Shown: positions 1 through 10,019, counted from the first letter of the stretch. The stretch is 64,000 nucleotides of DNA from Bacteroidia bacterium (GCA_044360435.1 JBIKKI010000001.1:27633-91632); one strand, 5' to 3'. Numbers and translations are program-made. Notes: generated from the letters alone by a model not told the origin.

Positions 1-215
1 GACCCCCATCGACATTGTGCGCTTCCACAAAACACACTTCAGCGGAAAGCCATACAACCTCACCATCGTAGGTTCAAAGAAGAACATTGACCTCAAAAGT
101 TTGGAACGATACGGACCGGTGGAATCTGTTCCTATGAACATCCTCTTTCCTTATTGAGGTCTGTTTCATGCTTTGGAACGGAATTTGGATTTCTTCCCAT
201 CAATGACCAAGCGGT

Positions 216-1025
216 ATGAACACAAAAAAGCATCTGATCATCGCTTCTCTGGCACTGGGCCTCAGCTTTAGTTCCTTCTTGCTGCAGAAACCTGAAGACA
301 ATGGCTTCAGCTTCCGCAAGTTGCCCAATACCGCATTCAAAGTGGGCGAGAAGCTCACGTATCGCGCGCATTACGGACTGATCAATGCAGCGCGTATAAC
401 CATGAGTGTAGATCCTGTCATGCAGCAAATTGGCACACGCAGGGCGTTTTTGGTGCGCACCGAAGGGGAAACCCTCAAAAGCTTCGACTGGATGTACAAA
501 GTGCGGGACAAGTTTGACAGCTACCTCGACGAAGAATCTATGGCCCCGCTGCGCTACAGCATGTCGAAGCGCGAAAACAAATACAGCGCGGTTGATGCCG
601 TGATTTACTACCACGAACAGAAGAAACTCCGCAACCTCAAAGGAGAAATGGCCATGCCCGTGTACACACAAGACATCGCGTCGGCGATTTACTACGCACG
701 CAACTTGGATTTCACCACCGCCAAGCTTGGCCAAACCTATCCCGTAGACGTGTACTTGGACAACAAGGTTTATAACCTGCAGTTCAAGTTCATTGGCCGC
801 GAAACATTAAGTACAGATATTGGCAAGGTTCGCTGCATCAAACTGCGACCCAAGTTGGTGGTGGATCGCGTGTTCAAAGAAGATGACGACATGACCATCT
901 GGGTTTCCGACGACAAGAACAAAATTCCGATTCGCGTGGAAAGCGCCATCAAAGTGGGCAGCGTAAAAGTGGACATCACCGCCTACGAAAACCTGCGAAA
1001 TACCTTTGATGCGCTGCTGAAGTAA
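216..1025 (+). CDS. DUF3108-like secreted protein (signal peptide, no recognisable catalytic motif)
   Basis: 269-aa ORF with an N-terminal signal peptide (MNTKKHLIIASLALGLSFSS). The overall pattern resembles the Bacteroidota DUF3108 family. The ORF is clean and is followed by a hairpin. Confidence 0.45.
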   Translation: MNTKKHLIIASLALGLSFSSFLLQKPEDNGFSFRKLPNTAFKVGEKLTYRAHYGLINAARITMSVDPVMQQIGTRRAFLVRTEGETLKSFDWMYKVRDKFDSYLDEESMAPLRYSMSKRENKYSAVDAVIYYHEQKKLRNLKGEMAMPVYTQDIASAIYYARNLDFTTAKLGQTYPVDVYLDNKVYNLQFKFIGRETLSTDIGKVRCIKLRPKLVVDRVFKEDDDMTIWVSDDKNKIPIRVESAIKVGSVKVDITAYENLRNTFDALLK

Positions 1026-1047
1026 TCCCTAATCACCGCAAACGCAC

Positions 1048-1087
1048 GAACACGCACTGCCCGAACAGCGGTGCGTGTTCATTTAAT
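1048..1087 (+). terminator. Hairpin downstream of the DUF3108 gene, possibly bidirectional with the convergent TPR gene
   Basis: Stem GAACACGCAC ... GTGCGTGTTC is a 10-bp perfect stem with a 13-nt loop. It is followed by ATTTAAT, a weak U-tract. Confidence 0.4.
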
Positions 1088-1242
1088 ACCATCCAGTTTA
1101 TTTCGGGCGTAACCCCGCGTTCGCGGGGTCGGGCTGTGCGCTGCAAGTCCTCGGCCCTAAATGCCGGGCCTGCGGGCTTTCCGCTGCCATCCCTTACGCG
1201 CAATGGAACTGCTCCGCTACCCCGAACCACAACACATCGTAC

Positions 1243-2889
1243 TCAAGAAACCCCACCCGAAGATTGAATGGCTGCTGTAATCAAGGCAATCTTCTTGTAC
1301 CTTGATTCTCCAACCTCAAAATATTCATACATCCTGCGCAGGGATGAACCGATCCCATCAACGCTCAGGTTCGCCTGTTCCGCCAGTTTTTTATTCGAAA
1401 TGGTAGGATTGCCGAGTAGAATATTCAATACCAGCCAATCTGTTTCATTCAATTTACGCGACAAGGCCAACTCTATTTGTTCCCTGTTTAAACGAAACAC
1501 TTCTGCATGTACCATCAATTCACGCTGCTTGTTCTTTTTCAGGGTTTCTATTTCCGCCAGCACTTCATGCAGCCTGGCTTTATTCCTGGCCCGATACTGC
1601 TGAAACACCAACAGCGCCGTTGCCACCAAAATCAAGATGGTAAACGACACCACGGCAAGCACCTTTAACTGTTTCATCCTTGCCGCGTTCGAAGCCTCCT
1701 TGTTTCTGGCATGAAACTGTGCCAATTGTACCTGATGTTCTCGCTGAATCACCTCTTGGAGGATTTCAAATTGATGCAGTTCCTGGTTTACGCTGTCAGA
1801 AAACAAGGTATACAACTCGTGCATCTCAAGCGATTTCCCATCGTTACCAATATGTTTGTAGCATTGATATAACAGATAATACAGTTCCTTTTTCAGGCCC
1901 TTGTTGTCGAACTTCCGCACCTCGTCCATCAAGGGTTCAGCCAACAACAAGCCCTTACCCGGATGTTCATGAAAGGCCAGTTGCGCTTGAATGAGCTTTG
2001 CTTCTGTAACACCTTCCTCAACACTCAGCCGGGTATTTAACTCCAGGCATTGTTCAATGGCTTCTTTTGCTTTCTGATATTCCTCTAATTTTTCATAAAT
2101 CCGCGCCAAATCACCGTAAGAGTCAGCAGCAAAAATCAAATTTCCGTTGTGTTCGAAGTTGGCAATACCTTTTTCACAAAAGCCGCGTGCACGCTCATAA
2201 TCCCCCAGCCAATAATACGAAAGGCCGATATTGCTGTATATAATACCAAGCGTTTTATCCCGGTCATTCGCCGGATCCATTCCATTCAGCACCTTCAAAT
2301 AATAATCGAGGGCCAAATTGTACTTTTTGATGATGAGAAACACATTACCGATGCTCGTATGCATCCGAATGATGCCTTTCTTGTGGTTGAATCGCTCATA
2401 AATATCCAAGGCTTCATAAAAAAACCTGGATGCGTTCAGATAGTCCGATTGATACACATACACATTGGCAATGTTTCCGAGGATGTCGGCCTGAAACAAA
2501 CTGTTGTTCAAGGACCTGGCAATATTCCCGGCTTTTCGATAGGTTTCCAGAGCCCTTGCATATTTGCGCTGCAAGCGCAAAATGTTTCCCTGTCGCTTAA
2601 GGGCATAAAACTGTTCGGTTAAATCACTTTTATCCAGCGCCAGCTTCAGGTGGTATTCCAGAGAAGATAAAGTGGTATCCGGATTCGTCTGGTGGTTGAA
2701 CTCGTAAAAAACTTCCAGCGCATGAAAGCGCACAGAGTCTTCCGCTGCGGAGTTTTCCCAAACATTCCGCAGGTGAATCGACCTGACCTCGGCCGATTCA
2801 CCCCGGTATGAACCACAAAGAAGCGCTGCCAGTACGCAGAAAAACTTCGCCATTGACCCCCTTGAGGTTGAAACAACAGCGTTCACCAT
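1243..2889 (-). CDS. Membrane-anchored TPR-repeat one-component regulator with a C-terminal LuxR/sigma-70 region-4-like HTH
   Basis: Signal peptide, multiple TPR-like repeats (recurring YYxxAL / A...Y... motifs) and one TM helix (VLAVVSFTILILVATALLVF). The C-terminal LNETDWLVLNILLGNPTISNKKLAEQANLSVDGIGSSLRRMYEYFEV matches the LuxR-type HTH pattern. Confidence 0.6.
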   Translation of the reverse strand: MVNAVVSTSRGSMAKFFCVLAALLCGSYRGESAEVRSIHLRNVWENSAAEDSVRFHALEVFYEFNHQTNPDTTLSSLEYHLKLALDKSDLTEQFYALKRQGNILRLQRKYARALETYRKAGNIARSLNNSLFQADILGNIANVYVYQSDYLNASRFFYEALDIYERFNHKKGIIRMHTSIGNVFLIIKKYNLALDYYLKVLNGMDPANDRDKTLGIIYSNIGLSYYWLGDYERARGFCEKGIANFEHNGNLIFAADSYGDLARIYEKLEEYQKAKEAIEQCLELNTRLSVEEGVTEAKLIQAQLAFHEHPGKGLLLAEPLMDEVRKFDNKGLKKELYYLLYQCYKHIGNDGKSLEMHELYTLFSDSVNQELHQFEILQEVIQREHQVQLAQFHARNKEASNAARMKQLKVLAVVSFTILILVATALLVFQQYRARNKARLHEVLAEIETLKKNKQRELMVHAEVFRLNREQIELALSRKLNETDWLVLNILLGNPTISNKKLAEQANLSVDGIGSSLRRMYEYFEVGESRYKKIALITAAIQSSGGVS

Positions 2890-3290
2890 TAAGGACAGGT
2901 AGCCATGTCAAAACCCTCCTTATACCAACTCACGGTAGTGTACTGGCCAGAAGCATTGCTCTTCACATCAAGCACATTCCCGTCGCATTTGAACACCATT
3001 CGGTATTGAGCAATAGAGGTCTTACTGTGCTGGATGAATAGCGAATCGCCTTTGGTCCACCATGGTTTGGGGTTGGGAATTGCATCTTTGATGGTTCCAA
3101 ATTTTCCATCCGCCGAGTAAATGGTGTACATCAGACTGTCGGTAAACTCATACAAGGTAGAACTCATGATGACCCATCTGCCCTGTACCTTGTAATTGGG
3201 TGCTGGTTTGTCCGAGGGACCGGTGGGTTCTGTGTCTTTGCATGCAAACAGCAAAGCGCTGCACATCAAAATGCTCATTAATCTTTTCAT
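2889..3290 (-). CDS. Hypothetical lipoprotein
   Basis: 133-aa ORF with a lipobox (LLFAC) after the signal peptide. No recognisable domain. Confidence 0.45.
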   Translation of the reverse strand: MKRLMSILMCSALLFACKDTEPTGPSDKPAPNYKVQGRWVIMSSTLYEFTDSLMYTIYSADGKFGTIKDAIPNPKPWWTKGDSLFIQHSKTSIAQYRMVFKCDGNVLDVKSNASGQYTTVSWYKEGFDMATCP

Positions 3291-3502
3291 ATCTGTAATG
3301 GTTTAGAGGTTCTAAAACAAAGACTGGACCTTGTTCGGAAGTTCACGCCTGAGGGTGAAATTTAATAATTCAGGCCAGGATGCATAAATCCTCCTTCAGA
3401 TCTTGAATGCCCTAGGGTCGGACTGAATAAAAACGACAACGAAAGCATGGAATTAGGGTTACGCACTTCGATGCCCAACAGAACCAAGAACCATTCTGCA
3501 AA

Positions 3503-3534
3503 AAGAAAGCGCAGACAAATTGCCAGCGCTTTCT
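3503..3534 (-). terminator. Rho-independent terminator of the E2 gene
   Basis: Read on the minus strand: AGAAAGCGC-loop-GCGCTTTCT, a 9-bp perfect stem, followed by TTTTGCAG. It lies immediately 3' of the E2 stop. Confidence 0.6.
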
Positions 3535-3556
3535 TGATTGGTTTCGAATAACATGA

Positions 3557-4774
3557 TTACACCAGCAACCGCACCGGTTCTTCGAGCAGCTGCTTCAGGG
3601 TTTGCAGGAACTGTGCTCCGCTGGCACCATCCACCACACGGTGGTCGCAACTCAGGGTTACCTTCATCACCTTTACGGGTTTTATTTCCCCATTCACCAC
3701 ACCCACAGTTTCCTTCACCGCGCCTACAGCCAAAATGCAGGCATCCGGAGGATTGATGATGGCTGTAAACTCTTCAATACCAAACATGCCTAAGTTGCTG
3801 ATGGTGAAGGTGTTTCCTGCCCAGTCCTGCGGTTGCAGTTTCTTCGCTTTGGCACGGGCGCCGTATTCTTTCACTTCACTGCTGATCTGGCTGAGGTTCT
3901 TCTGATCGGCAAAACGCACCACCGGAACCAACAATCCCTCTTCCACCGCCATGGCCACACCAATGTTGATGTGGTGGTTGTAACGAATGGTGCTACCCAG
4001 CCAGGAACTGTTGATCTTCGGATGTTTGCGCAGCGCAGCTGCGGATGCTTTAATCACCAGATCGTTCATGCTGATTTTCACATCGCTGATTTGGTTCATC
4101 TGTTCACGTGCCAGCACTGCTTTGTCCATGTTGATTTCAATGGTCAGGTAGAAATGCGGTGCAGAGAACTTGCTCTCACTAAGGCGCGCGGCAATGGTTT
4201 TGCGCATCTGCGAAACCGGAACCTCATCATAACTTTCTGTACCCGTAAACGCCGCCACGGAAGGAGCTGCAACACTGCTGCCTGTATAATTTTCAACGTC
4301 TTGCTTGACAATACGGCCATTCTCACCACTGCCCTTCACGGCTGACAAATCGATTCCTTTATCAGCGGCCAGTTTTTTAGCAAGCGGAGAAGCAAGAATT
4401 CTTGTTGTAGTGGTTGTTGTTACAGGAGCGGAGGCGGGCGCCGGGGTTTGAACAGGAGCCGCTGCAGTATCGGCAACGGGAGTTTCTGCCTCGGGGGCTG
4501 AAGCCGGAGCCGACAACAATCCCTGGAAGTCTTCGCCGGGTTGTCCAACCACGGCCACGATTCCATCAACCGGAACGCTCTGGCCTTCTTTCGCAGCAAT
4601 ATGCAACAGTGTTCCCTTGCTGTAACACTCAAAATCCATGGTAGCCTTATCGGTTTCTACCTCGGCAATAATGTCGCCTGATTTTATCGGGTCGCCCTCT
4701 TTAACAAGCCATTTCACCACAACACCTTCGGTCATGGTATCGCTCATTTTGGGCATGCGGATGATTTCAGCCAT
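3557..4774 (-). CDS. Dihydrolipoamide acyltransferase (E2) of the pyruvate/2-oxoacid dehydrogenase complex
   Basis: N-terminal lipoyl domain (MPKMSDTMTEGVVVKWLVKEGDPIKSGDIIAEVETDKATMDFE), an Ala/Pro-rich linker, and a C-terminal catalytic domain with DHRVVDGA. Confidence 0.92.
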   Translation of the reverse strand: MAEIIRMPKMSDTMTEGVVVKWLVKEGDPIKSGDIIAEVETDKATMDFECYSKGTLLHIAAKEGQSVPVDGIVAVVGQPGEDFQGLLSAPASAPEAETPVADTAAAPVQTPAPASAPVTTTTTTRILASPLAKKLAADKGIDLSAVKGSGENGRIVKQDVENYTGSSVAAPSVAAFTGTESYDEVPVSQMRKTIAARLSESKFSAPHFYLTIEINMDKAVLAREQMNQISDVKISMNDLVIKASAAALRKHPKINSSWLGSTIRYNHHINIGVAMAVEEGLLVPVVRFADQKNLSQISSEVKEYGARAKAKKLQPQDWAGNTFTISNLGMFGIEEFTAIINPPDACILAVGAVKETVGVVNGEIKPVKVMKVTLSCDHRVVDGASGAQFLQTLKQLLEEPVRLLV

Positions 4775-5090
4775 AAGATTTGTGGCAAAAATAAGGCAAA
4801 TGCCCTGCTGTGTAAAAGGATTTATACGATTACCACTGGCTACAATGGTTTTTCCATGGGCTCGCTATGGAAATGCCATTTTTCACCGCTCCATGCGCCT
4901 ATGGCTGCTTTTTTTCGTTTCGCCCTCTTTGCTGCGAACGGACCATAAATCCGAGCCATCCAAAGGCCCCTTGTCTGAACCCTTAAGCTTTCTGATAAAC
5001 CGCACAGAACCTTCATAATTCCTTTGGCATGCGGAAATCGGACCATAAAAATGGCAAAACCTTAATTTATATTAACCATTTCTTAATATT

Positions 5091-8000
5091 ATGAAGATTA
5101 TTTCGTCCTGCTTATTCAAGACCATGAAAAAAACGCTTACACACGGCCTCTTGTGTCTGTTCAGCCTTTTAGGCGCAACAGTTGCAAGGGCTCAGGACAA
5201 CACATCTTCCTTTAGTGGAACGGTAAAAGATGCCAGCGGTAAACCTTACGCTGGTGCAGAAATCACCGCCACACACACGCCAACCGGAACCGTTTATCAG
5301 GCGGGCAGCCGCAGCGATGGCCGCTACAACATTCCGGCGGTAAAAATCGGTGGACCTTACACTGTAGAATGCAAGGACGCCAGCGGTAAAACCATGGACA
5401 AGGTGGAAGACATCAACCTTAGTCTGGCACAGACCTTTGTATTGGATTTTGTGGTGGGACAAATGGAAACGGTGACCATCAAAGCCGTGCGTAACCGCTT
5501 GCTGAACAACCAAAACACAGGTGCAGCAACTACCATCGACAAAGAGGCACTTGCAACCCTGCCAACCATCAGCCGCAGCCTGAATGACTTCCTGCGTTTA
5601 ACGCCGCAGGCCCGTTCTTCTTCTGTAGCCGCTACCGCCGGTTCCGGTATTTCTTTGGGTGGGCAGGACAGCCGCTTCAACAACCTTACCATCGATGGTT
5701 CCATTTTCAACAACAGCTTCGGACTTGCATCTGCACCAGCCGGCCAAACCGCATCAACACCCATTTCATTGGACGCCTTGCAGGAAATCAGTGTTAATCT
5801 GGCTCCCTACGATGTGAAAAATGGTGGTTTTACCGGCGGTGGAATCAACGCTGTTACACGCAGTGGTACCAACCAGGTAGAAGGCTCTGTATTCGTAAAC
5901 ACCCGAAATCAAAGCCTGAGCGGCAGCAAAGCTGCAGGTTCAGAAGTGGTGAAAACCGACTACAATGTGATGCAAGCCGGCTTCCGTGTAGGCGGCGCAT
6001 TGGTAAAGAACAAATTGTTCTACTTCTTCAACGCAGAAATGGAAAACCGCAATGATCCGGCAACCGCGTTTTTGGCCAACCGCCCAGGATTGAGCGGACC
6101 AAACGTAACCCGTGTTCGTGCCTCTGCCCTTGATTCACTTTCAGATTTCCTGAAATCACGTTATGGATATGACCCTGGTGCTTATGAAGGATATTCTTTG
6201 AAAACTTCAAGCCTGAAATACCTTGCCAAATTCGACTGGAACATCAACCAGAAACACCGCGCAGTATTGCGTTACAACCAACTTCGCTCTTCACGCGACG
6301 TGCTGATCAGCAACTCCGGTGCTGTGAACGGAAACCGCAGAGACAACCAAACAGCGCTCAATTTTGCCAACTCCAACTATGTAATCAACAACGACATCTA
6401 CAGCGTGATTGGCGAATTGAACAGCACCCTGAACCGCCGCACGCACAACAACTTTATCATCGGTTTCACGGCCAACCGCGACTACCGCTCAAGCAACGGC
6501 GGTGTGTTTCCGCTGGTTGACATCCAGATGGGTGGCACCACCATGACCTCGTTCGGTTATGAACCCTTCACCGCCAACAACATCCTGAACACCAACACCT
6601 TCCAGATTCAGGACAACTTAACCCATTATGTAGGCAAGCATACCATTACTGCCGGTATTGCCTATGAACGCTTTGCTTTTGAAAACACCTTTGCGCCAAC
6701 CTACTACGGACATTATACCTTCAACAGCCTTGAAGATTTTTACCGCAGCGCCAATGGCGATACCGGAGTAAACGTACGCCGTTATGCCCTCACCTACTCA
6801 GCCCTTGAAGGTGGAGCACTTCCAACAGCCCGTCCGGTGGTAGCCCAAACTTCAGCTTATCTGCAAGATGCTTTTGCGGTGAACAGCAGGTTGAAAGTAA
6901 CCGCCGGCATCCGCTTTGACCTGCCGATGTACAATGATCCCGAAGTAAGCAACCCGCGTGCAGATACCATGACCTTCCGCGACGAGAACTACAATCCTGT
7001 AAAATTCTCTACCGGCAAGCTGGCAAACCGCAACATCCTGTGGTCACCACGTGTTGGCTTTAACTGGAATGCCAAAGGAAACCGTGACATCCAGGTGCGC
7101 GGTGGTACCGGTTTGTTCTCAGGCCGTCCTGCCTTCGTTTGGATCAGCAACCAGTTGAGCAACAACGGCGTGCTTACCGGCTCCATGCGCTTCGACAATA
7201 CCAAAGCGTATCAGTTCAGCCCCGACGTTACCCGCTACATCCCGTCAAACCCCACCACGCCTCCATCATACAACCTGGCACTTACTGACCCTGATTTTAA
7301 ATTCCCTCAGGTATGGAGAAGCGACCTCGGCGCAGATTTTAAATTACCCTTTGGTTTTGTAGGAACCACTGAATTTATGTACACCCGCACCATCAACAAC
7401 GTGGCGTACCTCAACGTGAATCAAGAGAAGGCCGCCGGCACCTTCAGCGGACCCGACAACCGTTTGTATTTCCCTGGCCGCGGCTTGAGTGGAAACGCCC
7501 AAAACAACGCCATGCGAGTTCAGGACAACATTACCGACGCTATTCTGCTTACCAACACCAATAAAGGATACAATTACAGCGTAACCTTTAAGTTGGAAAA
7601 GCCTTTCAGCAACAACTGGTCTGCCATGATGGCGTATAACTTCAGCGAAACCAAAGACGTGATTTCAGCCGGTTCCATCGCCTTCAGCAGCTGGCGCGAC
7701 AACCGTGCTGTGAATGGCAACAACCTGCCCGACCTCGCATTCTCCGACCAGGATCAGCGTCACCGCATCATTGCCAGCGGAACCTATCGTCTGGTATATG
7801 GCAAGAACGACAAACTTTCTACCTTGTTTAGCGCCTTCCTGCAAACCGGAAACCAGGGCCGCTTCTCTTATTTCTACAGCAACGACATGAATGGCGATCA
7901 GCTCACCAACAACGACCTGATCTATATTCCCAACAAAGCGGAAGACCTGAAGTGGAAGGCCACCACCTCCGGCGGCGTAACCTACAGCGAAAACGACCAA

Positions 8001-8399
8001 ATTGCCGCATTCAACGCGCTGCTGGAAAGCGATAAGTACCTGAGCGCAAACCGCGGAAAATACAGTGAACGCAACGGCGCTTTGCTCGGCTGGATCACCA
8101 CCATTGACCTGAGCATCCAGCAAAATTTCAGTGTTGGCGCACCTGGTAAAAAGCATACCCTGCAACTGCGCATGGATATGTACAACTTTGGCAACATGAT
8201 CAACAACAAATGGGGCGTAAGCAAGGCGATAAACTTCCCCAACTTGCTGCGCTATGAAGGTGTTGATGCCAATAACAATCCGATTTATTCCATGAACCGC
8301 GACCGCAACAACAAACTGATTTCCAAGGTGACCGATTACCGCGCCGGACTTGAAGATGTTTGGCAGCTGCAGTTCGGTGTTCGCTACATCTTTAACTAA
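5091..8399 (+). CDS. TonB-dependent outer-membrane receptor with an N-terminal carboxypeptidase-regulatory-like domain
   Basis: 1102 aa with a signal peptide. CarboxypepD_reg-like N-terminus (GTVKDASGKPYAGAEITA). The plug and barrel have the typical TBDR G/N/T-rich beta-strand composition. C-terminal ...RYIFN. Confidence 0.85.
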   Translation: MKIISSCLFKTMKKTLTHGLLCLFSLLGATVARAQDNTSSFSGTVKDASGKPYAGAEITATHTPTGTVYQAGSRSDGRYNIPAVKIGGPYTVECKDASGKTMDKVEDINLSLAQTFVLDFVVGQMETVTIKAVRNRLLNNQNTGAATTIDKEALATLPTISRSLNDFLRLTPQARSSSVAATAGSGISLGGQDSRFNNLTIDGSIFNNSFGLASAPAGQTASTPISLDALQEISVNLAPYDVKNGGFTGGGINAVTRSGTNQVEGSVFVNTRNQSLSGSKAAGSEVVKTDYNVMQAGFRVGGALVKNKLFYFFNAEMENRNDPATAFLANRPGLSGPNVTRVRASALDSLSDFLKSRYGYDPGAYEGYSLKTSSLKYLAKFDWNINQKHRAVLRYNQLRSSRDVLISNSGAVNGNRRDNQTALNFANSNYVINNDIYSVIGELNSTLNRRTHNNFIIGFTANRDYRSSNGGVFPLVDIQMGGTTMTSFGYEPFTANNILNTNTFQIQDNLTHYVGKHTITAGIAYERFAFENTFAPTYYGHYTFNSLEDFYRSANGDTGVNVRRYALTYSALEGGALPTARPVVAQTSAYLQDAFAVNSRLKVTAGIRFDLPMYNDPEVSNPRADTMTFRDENYNPVKFSTGKLANRNILWSPRVGFNWNAKGNRDIQVRGGTGLFSGRPAFVWISNQLSNNGVLTGSMRFDNTKAYQFSPDVTRYIPSNPTTPPSYNLALTDPDFKFPQVWRSDLGADFKLPFGFVGTTEFMYTRTINNVAYLNVNQEKAAGTFSGPDNRLYFPGRGLSGNAQNNAMRVQDNITDAILLTNTNKGYNYSVTFKLEKPFSNNWSAMMAYNFSETKDVISAGSIAFSSWRDNRAVNGNNLPDLAFSDQDQRHRIIASGTYRLVYGKNDKLSTLFSAFLQTGNQGRFSYFYSNDMNGDQLTNNDLIYIPNKAEDLKWKATTSGGVTYSENDQIAAFNALLESDKYLSANRGKYSERNGALLGWITTIDLSIQQNFSVGAPGKKHTLQLRMDMYNFGNMINNKWGVSKAINFPNLLRYEGVDANNNPIYSMNRDRNNKLISKVTDYRAGLEDVWQLQFGVRYIFN

Positions 8400-8421
8400 A
8401 CTTTACCCTATACCTCTTCAG

Positions 8422-8461
8422 AAAACCATCCACCCTCGGGGTGGATGGTTTTCTTTTTTTT
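8422..8461 (+). terminator. Rho-independent terminator after the TonB receptor gene
   Basis: AAAACCATCCACCC-TCG-GGGTGGATGGTTTT followed by CTTTTTTTTT. Confidence 0.85.
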
Positions 8462-8483
8462 ATCCCTGCCGTACTTTCGCTTC

Positions 8484-9287
8484 ATGCAACACAGCGGTCA
8501 ATATGAAGACTTCCTTAGACACGTTTTTGAACACGGAACTGAAAAGTCTGACCGCACAGGAACCGGAACCCGCAGCGTTTTGGGCGGGCAGCTCCGCTTC
8601 AACCTTGAAAACGGATTCCCGCTGATCACCACCAAAAAAGTCCACCTCAAAAGCATCATCTATGAATTGCTGTGGTTCCTTCGGGGCGATACCAATACCG
8701 CTTTTTTGAAGGAACACGGTGTAAGCATCTGGGATGAATGGGCCGACGAACACGGAAACCTCGGTCCGGTGTACGGCAAACAATGGCGCAGTTGGGAAAC
8801 CAAGGATGGACGCACCATTGACCAGATTTCTGACGCCATAAACCTCATCAAAAACAACCCCGACAGCCGCCGCATTCTGGTGAGTGCCTGGAACGTGGGC
8901 GAACTGGATCAGATGGCACTGATGCCCTGTCATTGTCTGTTTCAATTTTATGTAGCCAATGGTGCCCTGAGTTGCCAGTTGTATCAGCGCAGCGCAGATT
9001 TATTCCTGGGCGTGCCTTTTAACATTGCCAGCTACGCACTGCTCACCTTGATGATGGCTCAGGTTTGCGGTTTGAAACCTGGTGAATTTGTACACACCTT
9101 CGGCGATGCGCATATTTACAGCAATCACTACGAACAAGTGAAGCTGCAGCTGTCGCGCGAACCCCGGCCATACCCTGTAATGCAACTCAATCCGAATGTT
9201 CAGGACCTGTTTGCCTTCACCTACGAAGACTTCAGCCTGGAACATTACGACCCATGGCCTGCCATCAAGGCTCCGGTTGCGGTTTAG
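8484..9287 (+). CDS. thyA: Thymidylate synthase
   Basis: Near-canonical ThyA sequence ([11 protein letters not shown]..., [12 protein letters not shown]-like, PCHxxFQFYV, active-site Cys region). The ORF-track start at 8445 is upstream of the true ATG at 8484. Confidence 0.95.
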   Translation: MQHSGQYEDFLRHVFEHGTEKSDRTGTGTRSVLGGQLRFNLENGFPLITTKKVHLKSIIYELLWFLRGDTNTAFLKEHGVSIWDEWADEHGNLGPVYGKQWRSWETKDGRTIDQISDAINLIKNNPDSRRILVSAWNVGELDQMALMPCHCLFQFYVANGALSCQLYQRSADLFLGVPFNIASYALLTLMMAQVCGLKPGEFVHTFGDAHIYSNHYEQVKLQLSREPRPYPVMQLNPNVQDLFAFTYEDFSLEHYDPWPAIKAPVAV

Positions 9288-9359
9288 CAGGTCTGGAACT
9301 GATCTTATGCACGCCGATGCCTACTTGTCCGGCGTTTTTTAAATTGCAGGCTAAACCTA

Positions 9360-9971
9360 TTGACGATGAAAACATATGTTCTAAAAACCGGATTTGCTGC
9401 ACTCACAGCAATTTCTTTACTCAGTTCCTGTGCAAGCAATTTCTCCCTCACCAAACGCCGCTACAGCAATGGCTTTCAGGTGCAAGTCGGCTTGTTCGGT
9501 AAGGAAAAACAGCAGCAGCAAACTGCTACAACGCCAAACAAAACCGCCGATGCCCTGCCCTTTGAGGCCCTGAACGCGCAAAAACAAAAACAACTTGCAT
9601 ATCATCAGCAACCTGCAAGCGCTTCTGCACTTGATATACGTTTTACCAAGACGCCGCATGATGCACGCATCCAGACTGGTGCAATTCCCTCAGCACAACA
9701 ATCCGAAGTATCCCGGGGTGAAAAATACCTGGCAACAGCTATTTTGAGCCATTCTGCCAAAAAGCCGGCAAAACAGGGATTGTCGCAGCAACAAAAAATG
9801 GACGACAACACCTTGTTGTACCTCATCGTTGCATTCTTCATACCATTCCTGGGGGTGTTGTTGTACGAGGGGGAAATCACCAACCGTTTCTGGATCAGCC
9901 TCCTGCTGACGCTTCTGTTTTGGTTGCCCGGCTTCATTTATGCCGCGCTGGTTATTCTTGGTGAAATCTAA
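9360..9971 (+). CDS. Lipoprotein-signal protein with a C-terminal YqaE/Pmp3 (UPF0057) proteolipid domain
   Basis: Lipobox LLSSC, then ~140 aa of Q/A/K-rich low-complexity sequence, then LLYLIVAFFIPFLGVLLYEG...FWISLLLTLLFWLPGFIYAALVILG. The last segment matches the two-helix YqaE/Pmp3 signature. Confidence 0.6.
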   Translation: MTMKTYVLKTGFAALTAISLLSSCASNFSLTKRRYSNGFQVQVGLFGKEKQQQQTATTPNKTADALPFEALNAQKQKQLAYHQQPASASALDIRFTKTPHDARIQTGAIPSAQQSEVSRGEKYLATAILSHSAKKPAKQGLSQQQKMDDNTLLYLIVAFFIPFLGVLLYEGEITNRFWISLLLTLLFWLPGFIYAALVILGEI

Positions 9972-9991
9972 CCCGTTAAGCATATATCAGG

Positions 9992-10019
9992 AAAAAGCCG
10001 CTCTTGAGCGGCTTTTTTT
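9992..10019 (+). terminator. Rho-independent terminator
   Basis: AAAAAGCCGCTC-TT-GAGCGGCTTTTTTT. Confidence 0.85.

Noticed and set aside
4775-5090. Possible cobalamin riboswitch upstream of the TonB-dependent receptor (CCACTGG resembles a B12-box)
   Set aside because: Only a partial B12-box-like heptamer is present. The other conserved riboswitch elements, such as the GGTGAAAATCC-type core and P1-P6 pairing, are not recognisable.
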